A program made the position numbers and the translations under genes. The notes beneath the pieces are model-generated. The model did no database searches. It was not told the DNA's origin and saw nothing but the letters and a program-made list of their open reading frames with translations. A DNA stretch of 64,000 nucleotides from the NCBI GenBank assembly GCA_951406725.2, contig OX597814.1, positions 92,504,001-92,568,000 of the forward strand, given 5' to 3'. Within the stretch, counting starts at the first letter, position 1. Each line of letters begins with the position of its first letter. The stretch comes from Octopus vulgaris (taxonomy: Eukaryota). Below are positions 53,513 through 64,000 of the stretch, in pieces.

Positions 53513-55319
53513 GTGAACTGATTGTGCTCTAGGAAGAACACATGGAGGTGACTCAAAAGAATTCTTGCCAGATACCAACAGCTGGTATAGCTTTGTTAAG
53601 CTATACACAAAAATAACCAGAAAGAAGAGCGTGTCAGTGTATTGTTTATTTTGCATCATTGAGCTACACAATGTGAGGGCAAATATGATTGGCCATCTGA
53701 AGTCTTAGAAACTTCTACCACCTAACTGGAAGTCTCTTCTCTACAGACCAACTTACTAGCTAGCCTGCAGTGATGATCCTGTCTACAGTTCATCTATTAT
53801 CAGGAACATCACTGATGAAACATCCTAGCGAATCCATTAGATGTATCGTGAAACTATATATTACAAAAATTATTCAAGTTTCAATAATTCTACAACAACC
53901 ACCAGACATTATAATTTCTTGCATGCAGTAATTTTGTTCAAACATCAAGGTTTTAGGCCTGGCCCACTCATCCATCATTGGATATAATATGACTGAAGAA
54001 AAACATCTCAGTTAGGTCTTATGTAATATTGTGAGTTCAAAACCTTTTTTTAACTGAGATTACCATCACCCACATCATTGTTTATCATCGTTTTACAGCA
54101 TCTTTTATGCTGGTATGCACTGGATGGTTTGACAGAAAGCAATGTGATATGTACTGCACATGACTTCCATGGCTAGATATCCTTCCTAATGCAAACTACT
54201 TTACAGGATGTATTGATATTATTTTTGTGTGGGGGTGGGGAGTCACCAGCACTAATGAGGTCACCGTGCTGCTAACAAGTATAAGTGATGTTACAGTAAA
54301 GTGACTGCAAACAGAATCAGGTGGTGACTGCCCATGACATCCACCATATCCATAACAGCAGCCCTCAATAAGATCATTAGAAAGTCATATGATGCAAGAC
54401 TTATTTCCACTCCTTTGTGTCCTGAGTTCTTAGGTGGAAAACTTAATCCACTGCCCAGTTTCAGCAGCGATTAAGATATTGTGCTCACAATCATATCATC
54501 ATCATCAATCATCATATGGTATCCGTTTTCCATGCTGGCTTGAGTTGGACAGTTTAATAGGAGCTGGCCAGCCAGGGAGCTATCCAGACTCCAATTGTCA
54601 GTTGTGACATGGTTTCTATGGCTCGATGCCCTTCCACCCTTCCTAACACCAACCACTTTACAGAGTGTGCTGGGTACTTTTTACATGCCACTGGCACAGG
54701 TGTGTTTACGTAGCACTGGCACAAGTGCATTTTATGTGGCATCACCACCTGTAAAGAACAAGCCTGTATGTATAGAAGACAGTGGTCTTACTTATCTTGG
54801 CACCTCTTCTTAAGTACAGTAAATTGCCACAACCTCCAGTTCTTTGTCATTTCCTCAGTGAGCCCCAGTAGCTGAAGATCCTTTCACACCACTTCATCCC
54901 ACAGCTTCAATTCCAAGATTGGACATAGCATTGTATTCTTAAGGAAAAAAACACTTGATTCCATGCTGTTCCAGTTCACTCAGCTGTAAAGGAGTTCCAC
55001 CAATAGCTGAGAAGTTAGCCCTGTGACAGACTAACGTCCCCCTCAGTGGGGAAGTGTTGTAGTCTCATTTACTTATGTCATGAAAACTGGGTAAAGATCT
55101 GTCCTTGTGAGTCCTAGATTTCTGACAGAAAATCCCATTTCCACATTACCATCTGTTGTTAGCAGGCTGCACTTTGTTGCAAGCATGTGGCCCAGATCTC
55201 TGATTTGAGAATAACTTAATTTCTGCCAAACAGTTTCAGAGGCACTGAAAAAAAATAAAGAGAATCATAGGCATGGCAGTCCTTTAACTGAAAAAGCAGT
55301 AAAAACAAATCCTACTCAC

Positions 55320-55415
55320 CAGCAAGCATTCCACCAATATGAGCAGAAATACCCACTTTAGTTCCTCCAGTAGTGGTATATCTTCTGTAGATGGCACTAC
55401 CAGTATCAGTAAACA
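55320..55415 (-). CDS. Rhomboid protease exon with catalytic histidine (AHIGG)
   Basis: 96-nt exon, CAG acceptor and GTGAGT donor; (V)FTDTGSAIYRRYTTGGTKVGISAHIGGMLA(G). Confidence 0.95.
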
Positions 55416-55461
55416 CTGAAAATAAGAATAGCAGACTTTTGAATACAGTAAACTTTTGTAT

Positions 55462-55524
<63 letters not shown>

Positions 55525-56034
55525 ATAGTGAAAAAAGTAAAATTCCTTCCTGAGTCATTATAGACTCATAGGCCCAGTTTCCAGGTTTCCATGGTGTGTA
55601 TATTCCCCACCTGGATGGGATGCTGGTCTTTCACAAGATAACTCACTTTTGCCAGCTGAGTGGAAATGAAGTGTTTTGCTCAAGAACACAACATATCACC
55701 CAGGCCAGGAATCAAAACCACAACTGTACAATCATGAGTCCAACACTCTAACCACTAAGCCACATGCCTCCACTTTTCTCTCTTATATATACTTAGTTAC
55801 ATCCATTTTCCAATTCCAATATGCACATACAAAAAGTCATCTTCAAAATATATTTTTCCATGATGTTGGCTGTGAAACAATCATGATTTTGTGGGTATCA
55901 ACTGGTGATTTAAAAATATTCATCTCATACCTCCCGACTTTATATTCTATATACCCCTCATGAAATAAGCATCACTGATAGGATTTACTGCATTTCAACT
56001 GCATAGGATTCTACATCACACCCCTATGCATAGG

Positions 56035-56512
56035 TTTACTATGTGGTTTGTAGCCTGGTCCACAAAAGGAGTTTTCTCGTGAGGACCACTGGATTAGATA
56101 AATCCATACATAATGGTTTTATAATATATATATATATATACACGAGCAAACCCCCCCCCCCCCCCGTCAAACATTTAAACCAAATTTTCTCAAAACAACT
56201 TGTCCGACCATCCCATTTTGTGGCATTATTTCAAGCCAGCTGGCGTTTCTTGCACAAACTGCACATGTATTTTTCTCGCGTACACGTAGTATCGATCGCA
56301 ACAGCTGATGTACTTGCAAGTACAAATGCATATTCCCACAGCTTTATCGATCACATTCTTACCTGGAATCGATTTTTGTAATTTTTTCAAGACTTATACA
56401 CGCCCTGATACCGTTGGTATCTACATATCAAATTTGAGCGCAATCAGATGGAGGATGCCAAAGTTCCTAGAAGACACACACACAGACAGACAGAACGGAT
56501 TTTATATAATAG
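56035..56512 (-). mobile_element. Probable non-autonomous Helitron-like element
   Basis: Minus strand starts TCTATTATATAAAATCCGTTCTGTCTGTCTG, similar to the 12416 element; 3' end uncertain. Confidence 0.5.
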
Positions 56513-56746
56513 ATTATTACACACATGGTATTTCGCTTGTCACTATATTTTGAGTTCAAATTCTGCTGAGGTTGACTTTGCCTTTCACCCTTTCAAGGTC
56601 AATAAATTAAGTACCAGTCAAGTACTGGAGTCAATGCAATCAACTCATCCCCTTCCCCAAAACTGCTGCCCTTGTAGCAAAATTTGAAACCATTTATATA
56701 TATATACATATGTACATTTTCTTTAAAAAGTAATTTTGTTCCTTAC

Positions 56747-56840
56747 CCAATGTAAGTATAACTATTAGACGAACTGGTGCACTGAGTAGCATACGTAAGA
56801 AGGAACCATCCCAACACTTGTAATTCATCTCTTTCCAGTT
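56747..56840 (-). CDS. Rhomboid protease exon (TM4-TM5 loop and TM5)
   Basis: 94-nt exon, polypyrimidine-TAG acceptor and GTAAGG donor; NWKEMNYKCWDGSFLRMLLSAPVRLIVILTL; the NWxEM motif follows TM4 in RHBDL proteins. Confidence 0.93.
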
Positions 56841-57562
56841 CTAGAAAAAAAAAACATTAAATTATTAGTGATTTTGTTCAGACCAGAAAAAAAAATTTAT
56901 TTTTAAAAGAAGATTCAACAAAGAATTTCCATTGTTCAATGATGAAGATTCAGTTGTTTAATGAATTAAATATCCTGCTCCTGAATTAACATATAAGCAT
57001 GCATGTAAGAGGCTAAGCCAGTCTAAACAGAATCTAAATTTACAACAAATAATAATAATAATAATAGTAAATAGTATAGGAATTTAAGACCAAACTTCTC
57101 TAGATTCGGCAATCCACTACCTATAATAACAATAATGATGACAATGATACAGAAAAATAACCCTGTTGGACACTGCACACATTTTATGAAGAGCACTATC
57201 ACCTTAAACTTCATGGTTTTATGACATCATTATTGAGCACTCATGTGTACATGTGCTTTCTTTTTTAATTAATCAATACCAAGTGCTTTTGCTATGGTAT
57301 AATCATCCAATGTATTAAGGACATTACATTTACTATCTACCTCAAGTGTCTGGGTAGTGCCCGGTGGATAATGTATAAAACAGATATCAAGGAAAATTTT
57401 TCATAATAATGATGATAATAATAATAATAATAAATACCCTGTATATGTTTTGTCTTGGCATAAAAGATGGGCTACAGCAAATATTCTGCTCAAAACCACA
57501 GATTTGCTTGTCAGTTGTTTGACCGTAACCAGTTGAGCATGTCCCTTGGTGGCTGACAATAT

Positions 57563-57665
57563 GCCACCAAGGGACAACACGCCACCAAGGGACAACATGC
57601 CACCAAGGGACAATATGCCACCAAGGGACGATATGCCAAAAAGGGACAATATGCCACCAAGGGAT
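57563..57665 (+). repeat. 18-bp minisatellite, 6 copies (GCCACCAAGGGACAATAT)
   Basis: Units start at 57563, 57581, 57599, 57617, 57635 and 57653. Confidence 0.92.
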
Positions 57666-58065
57666 ATATCTCTGATCATGAGCAGAAATAGTTGGAGAGT
57701 ATCATAGCCATGCGTTGAGAGGAATTCTTTCGGGTTTGAATAATTCACCTCTGGAAACCTGGGTGTTTTGTTCATCCTTAAACAAACCTTATTCAGAGAC
57801 CTTTTGAGCAGGATGGACAACTTGACTTGAAGAAAGTTGTAACTGGGCTCCACCAGCAAGATCATGTGTTGTTTCTCTTGATAGGAGATCACCATGTCAC
57901 GCACATATGGTTGTGATGCATGTGCCTAATGTACTGTTATCAGATGGAATAGTCTTAATGGGTATATTGGGCTTCGTATATTTGTACCCCTGTGTCACTT
58001 TGATGGCATGTGCTGCTGTCTCACTCAATAATAACAACAACAATAACAATAACAATAACAATAAC

Positions 58066-58100
<35 letters not shown>

Positions 58101-58904
58101 CAGAATCCCCAATAATTTCAAATTTTGTCACAAGGTAATTTTTCATTTAGGCATGCCATTCAGAAAGTTTTGCAGGTCACAATTTGCCCTTGACTAGTTT
58201 AGATTAGAGAGTTCAAATATTTTAATCAACTGGTTTCAAAAGAGTTATTTCCCTTGTATTTAACTCTCTACCACCAGAGTATGCTTTTATCATCTGCATC
58301 ATCGTCATTTAATGTCTGTTTTCAATGCTGGCATGGATTGGAAGGTTCGACAAGAGCTGACATACCAGAGGATTGCACCAAGCTCTACTGTCTGCTTTGG
58401 CATGGTTTCTACAGCTGGATGCCATTCCTAACACTAACCACTTTACAGAGTAGGATGCTTTTTACATGGCACCAGCACCAGAGGAGTCACCAAGTAACTT
58501 ATAAGACCAGACTTGTAGTTATGTCTTTTTTTCAATAAAAGTTAACATTAACCGATTAATGTTGACTTTCATTACATTTTCAAAGAATTAACAGATTAAC
58601 AATTAACATTTTGGTTAACATTTTGGTTAACAGATTAATGACTGACAAAGTTAACTTTTTGATTAATGGTGCCCAACTTTGGTATTATGTATGTGATATG
58701 TAAACATATTATAAATGTAATAATTAAATCATAGGCACGGTCGTGTGGTAAAACGCTTGCTTCTCAACCACATGATTCCAGGTTCCATCACACTAAGTAG
58801 CATCTTGGGTGAGTATCTTCAACTATAACATTGGGTTAACCAAAGCCTTGCAAGTGGATTTGGTGACAGAAACTTAAAGAAGCTCACTTTGTGTGTGTGT
58901 GTGT

Positions 58905-58958
<54 letters not shown>

Positions 58959-59387
58959 GTGTGTGTGTGTGTGTAAGTCTTTATGTCTATATGAGTTCGC
59001 CCTCCCTACTGCTTGACAACTGGTGTTGGTGTGTTTACATCTCTGTAACTTAGCGGTCCAGTAAAAGACACTGATAAAAATAATTACAAAGCTTAAAGAA
59101 ATAATAATTAAAATTTTTCAAGGCAGTACCCCAACATGGCCACAGTCCAAAGACTGAAACAAATAAAAGCTAAAAAGGTTAAAAGATTTTATGCCCTTTT
59201 TTGTGTGTTTTGTTATGTGCATGATCCCCCAGTCTATGGAAAAACTGCTTTACATGAAAACAGTCCATAGTGCAAACTCACCCATACAAGGATCTGAAAA
59301 CAGCAAAATGAAATTAAAGCCTTAATAATTATGATAATTACAATCATGAGATGAATATTGTGCTTCAATAGTCATTTAATTACTCAC

Positions 59388-59488
59388 CACAATGACAGCA
59401 GCAAGATGTGCTCCAATTAAGGCATAACAACCACCACTGGCACCACCAAGAAATGAAAACCTGTCAGTAACTGAATGTGCCATGGAAC
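59388..59488 (-). CDS. Rhomboid protease exon with catalytic serine (GASGG)
   Basis: 101-nt exon, AG acceptor and GTGAGT donor; (G)SMAHSVTDRFSFLGGASGGCYALIGAHLAAVIV; phase matches both neighbours. Confidence 0.95.
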
Positions 59489-61100
59489 CTGTAGAATTAT
59501 ATAGATGTGTAAACAATGAATGAGTGCATTATATGTATTTGCATTCAATAATTTATAAGTAAAATAATAATAATCCTTTGTACTATAGGCACAAGGCCTG
59601 AAATTTTGGGGGAGGGGGCCAGTCGACTAGACTGACTCCACTATTCAACTGATACTTAATTCATTGACCCAAAAAGATGAAAGACAAAGTTGACTTCAGT
59701 GGAATTTGAACTCAAAATATAAAAACAGATGAAATGCCACTAAGCATTTTGCCTGGCATGTTAACAGTTTTGCCAGGTTGCCACCTTATAATAATAGTAA
59801 TAATAATAAAAGTAGTGTTCCAGCATGGCTGCAGTCAAATGACTGAAACAAGTAAAAGAATGATAATATTTACTACAATAGGCACAAAGCCTGAAATTTT
59901 TGAAGAAGGGGCTAATCAGTTATATTGAACCTAGTATTCAACTGATACTTATTTCATCAACCCCAAAAGGATGAAAAGGCAAAGTCAATCTTGGCAGAAT
60001 TTGAACTCAAATGGGTAAAATGCCACTAAACCAGCTCACTGCCTTAATAATAATAATAATAATAATAATAATAGTTTCAAATTTTGTCACAAAGGCAATT
60101 TTGGGGGAGGGGTTAAGTTGATTACATTAACCCCAGTGTTCAGCTGGTACTTATTTCATCGACCCCGAAAGAATGAAAGGCAAAGTTGATCTCAGCGGAA
60201 TGTGACTTCAGAACATAACAGCAGACGAAATACTGCTAAGCTTTTCGCCCAGCATGCTAACAATTCCGCCAGCTCATTGTCTTAATAATAATACTGATTC
60301 TAACTGGGCCCTAACAGCAATGTCATGCACTGTTTATTTTGATATGAAATCACCATGTCACACATATATGGTTGTGATGCATGTGCATGGTGTACCCTTA
60401 TCAGATGGGTAGTCTTACCCTTATCATGATGGGTATACTGAACTTTGTATATTTGTACCCCAGTGTCACTTTGATGGCATGCACTGCTCTCTCACTCAAT
60501 AATAATTCTTTCTAAAATAGGTACAAGGCTGAAATTTTGTGAGGAAAGGACTTGATGATTACATCAACTCCAGGGCTCAACAGGTACTTCATTCATCAAC
60601 CATACCAGCTCACCAACTTAAGAATAATAATAATGGTTTCAAATTGTGGCACAAGGCCGGCAAGTTTGGCGGAAGCAGGTAAGTCAATTATATTGACTCC
60701 AGTACTCAACTGGTACTCATTCTATTGACCCTGAAAGGGTGAAAGGCAAAGATGACCTCGGCAGAATTTGAACTCAGAATGTCAAAAGAAACGAAATGTT
60801 GCTAAGCATTTTACCCGGTAATTAACAATTTTGCCTGCTCACCACTTTAGTAATGATAATACTTTCTACTATAGGCACAAGGTTTGAAATTTGGGGGAAA
60901 GAGGTAAGTCAATTAGATCGACTCCAGTGCATGACTGGTACTTATTTCATCAAACCCGAAAGGATGAAAGGCAAAGTCAATCTCAGTGGAATTTTAACTC
61001 AGAACTTTGCGACAAGCAAAATACTGCTAAGCATTTCATTCAACATGCTAACGATTCCGCCAGCTCACTGCCTTAATAACAATAATAATAATTATAATTA

Positions 61101-61700
61101 TCCCTGATGCAGTACCAGGCAGTGGCTCTCGTGGTTTGCCCTGATGCAGTACTAGGCAGTGGTTCTCGTGGCACTGATCTTAACTGATTGGAAGTGTTAT
61201 CATGTACATTGTTTTGTCTTGGTATAAAAGATGGGCTACAGCAAATATTCTACTCAATACTACAGATTTGCTTGTCAGTTGTTTGACCTTAACCAGTTGA
61301 GCATGTCTCCCAGTGGCTGATGACATGTGCACCTCTGAGCACGAGCAGAAGTAGTGGGGAAGCATCATAGCCATGTGTTGAGAGGGATTCTTTGGGGTTT
61401 GAATAATTCACCTTTGGAAACCTGGGTGTTTTGTTCAACATCCTTAAACAATCCTTATTCAGGGACCTTTTGAGCGGGATGGGCTACTCGACCAGAAGAA
61501 AATTCTAACTGGGCCACACCTGCAAGGTCATGTGCTGTTTATCTTGATATGAGATCACCATGTCATGCACATATGGTTGTGATGCATGAACCTAGTATAC
61601 CCTTATCAGACGGGTAGTCATCATGGGTATACTAGGATTCATATATTTTACTCCAGTGTCACTTTGATAGCATGCACTGCTCTCTCACTCAATAATAATA
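61101..61700 (+). mobile_element. Non-coding LINE-3'UTR-like repeat with (AAT)n tail; 5'-truncated copies at 57436-58030 and 60298-60505
   Basis: Three copies share the 3' end CTCTCACTCAATAATAAT and differ in 5' extent; all sit in (AAT)n tracts. Confidence 0.72.
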
Positions 61701-61876
61701 ATAATAATAATAATAATGGTTTCAAGTGGTAATCCTTAATGAACATAACTTGGAAAATCAAAATCATGTCCCAATTTGACATTCAAGTTTTACATGATTT
61801 TTAAGAAGTATGCTTATAAAACCAATGAATGATAGGCTCATTTAATAGCTTAAGACATGAATTTGATATAGCTCAC

Positions 61877-61989
61877 CTGCAAGAACACCCAGCATGTAAA
61901 CAAGGAACAGGCGCCAAAACTTGTGCACAAACTCAAGAGGTATTCCAAGGATAATTTGGAAAATGCAGTTGAAGATGAGATGAAGGTAA
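61877..61989 (-). CDS. Rhomboid-family intramembrane serine protease, first exon visible in window (TM2-TM3)
   Basis: AG/GT-bounded 113-nt exon translating YLHLIFNCIFQIILGIPLEFVHKFWRLFLVYMLGVLA(G); HLxxN and GxPLExVH motifs of RHBDL-type rhomboids. It starts in phase 2, so upstream exons lie outside the window. Confidence 0.93.
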
Positions 61990-62195
61990 CTATAAATAAA
62001 AAAGAAAATAGGTATATATTAGGAATCATTTGATCATCCAAGTTTTAAACCAACAATGTTCACTCATGTTCACACATTAATATGTTGCTTGATTTAATGC
62101 ATTCCTGCACTCCTAATAAATATAGTCTGCACCTCATGATATTGAGTAAGATGTGTGTAGATACACACACATCTGAGCAACAACTTTTCCAACTA

Positions 62196-62707
62196 CCGTA
62201 AATCTTCGAGTATAGTCCGCCCTTGAGTATAATACGCAGGGGATTTTTAGGGAGCTGTACCTCTGAAAAACCTAAACTTTGTGTATAATACGCACCCCTT
62301 CTCTAACTTGAGTCAAGGAGGTCTATATAACATCCTTGGTTTGTAAAAATTGTATACAGTAATGTACTTATTATTATTGTATATATAACATAATGCAAAC
62401 GTGTAGCATTTTTGTACATTTTGTTTGCAGAAAATAAAGAAATAACAGTAATAATGTTTAATAAATGTTGCTTACTGCAAGTTATGGATGATTCTTTTAT
62501 GACTTCATTGCTTTCAGGCTTAGCGTAAGGTATTTTCGCGTCCGACATCACAAAATGCGTCTGAATAAACATTGCCGGACAGCAAATAGAGACTTGAACA
62601 TTGCTTAGAAAATAATTTTCATTTTTAACCTCGTGTATAATACACACTAGAGATTTTGACCTTTAAATTTGGGGGAAAAAGTGCGGATTATACTCGAGGA
62701 TTTACGG
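62196..62707. mobile_element. 512-bp TcMar (Tc2/pogo-like) MITE
   Basis: TIRs CCGTAAATCTTCGAGTATAGTCCGC / GCGGATTATACTCGAGGATTTACGG with TA duplication. Confidence 0.85.
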
Positions 62708-64000
62708 TATCACTTTTTCCAAATGTCCTAAAGCAGGAGCCATAACCCCAAAATACAGAAATAAGATAAAACTACAACTTTGTTTTCTTTTCCTTCTCCT
62801 AATGTACCATACTTTAATGTGTATGAGGATCCTTTTTTTTTTTTATCAAAAATTAGATTAAAATGTATGGAAGTTTCTTATACATACATCCCTTAGAAAA
62901 CCTTTTTTCTAAATTTTAAGCCACAAAAATTAGGGGGTTCCTTATACACAAAATACAGTAGTTTACTTTGTATTTTCTCACATTGTTTGACATTACACAA
63001 GAAATCTTTTTAAAGTTATACCACACAATAATATATATATATATATAAATAAATATTTAATCCAGAATCTTTATTTCAACAAAACATTATGTTCAATTTC
63101 AAACATTATTTCTACAAAACTCATTATGTTCAATTATGGATTAGATACTTTTTGTTCATTCTTAGATTCATCTCTAATTACTTTATTCTAAGCACCAGGT
63201 GTAGTTTCTTTTTGAACTTGTCATCTCCTAAAGAGAAAGAGGGAGAGTGTGAGTAAGAGAGTATGTTCTCTAGCACTGTTAGACAATCAGTGTTGCTTTA
63301 TGTTCTTGTAACTTAGCACTTTGGCAAAAGAGAATGATAGAAGTAAAAGATAAAAGGTATACACACACACAATGAAACAAAACAAATGCAATACTTTTTA
63401 ATTTGATACAAATAAGGAAAAACACAAAAGAATAAAGACAATTTACTGCAAGCAAAACATATGCATTATAATCATATAGAGTGTTGAATAAGTCTAAGCA
63501 TCTTCAGACACAACAATCAGCAAATATCAAGTGAAATTTTCAATCACAAATGAGCAAGCTGCAGCTGAAATTTGTCGGCATGTATTGCTTATTCTCATGT
63601 TTGTCAACAAAATTTATTGGCATGCTTTTGCTGCCTACTTGCTTCCGCATACCTAAAAATTTCAGGGTTAACTCAAATAATCTGGCTGGCCAAAACTGAT
63701 AGCTGGCTGATTGTTGTAATTAATGTGTTGTTGAAAATTAACTAACAATATATATTTCTTTACTACCCACAAGGGGCTAAACACAGAGGGGATAAACAAG
63801 GACAAACAAATGGATTAAGTCGATTACATCGACCCCAGTGCGTAACTGGTACTTAATTTATCGACCCCGAAAGGATGAAAGGCAAAGTCGACCTCGGCGG
63901 AATTTGAACTAAGAATATAGGCAGAAGCATGCCTATGTAATTGTGAAGTTGGCTTCCCAGCCATGTGGTCCTGGGTTCAGTCCCACTATATAGCACCTTG

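Noticed and set aside
53806-53865. CTGATGA-A-ACATC..GATGT..GAAA motif in the rhomboid intron (antisense)
   Set aside because: Stem I does not pair and there are extra bases before GAAA; too degenerate to call.
57401-57904. 167-aa ORF with LSLGG repeats; CRISPR-like spacing
   Set aside because: It is antisense to a repeat element. The repeats are an 18-bp minisatellite with no unique spacers, and there are no cas genes.

Overview
AT-rich, microsatellite-dense animal genomic DNA. The tRNA-derived SINE families and repeat landscape suggest an octopus (coleoid cephalopod); this is an inference. The only intact host gene I can support is a minus-strand active rhomboid intramembrane serine protease (RHBDL1-3/rhomboid-like): five phase-consistent exons at 52651-61989, with the 5' exons beyond the window. 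The rest is mostly decayed mobile DNA: Tx1/L1-like, RTE, CR1-like and Penelope-like retroelements, mariner/Tigger/Tc2 DNA elements and MITEs, Helitron-like elements and many SINEs. The main hidden signal is a dense set of type I hammerhead ribozyme (HHR) motifs in the first 42 kb. There are about a dozen complete or degenerate motifs plus half-motifs, from several unrelated repeat families. Many abut (TA)n tracts and some have fold-back structure. The best case is a 488-nt HHR-bounded tandem monomer with an inverted copy (40301-41396) that looks like a retrozyme/circRNA-producing element. All folds and alignments were done by eye, and repeat boundaries are approximate.
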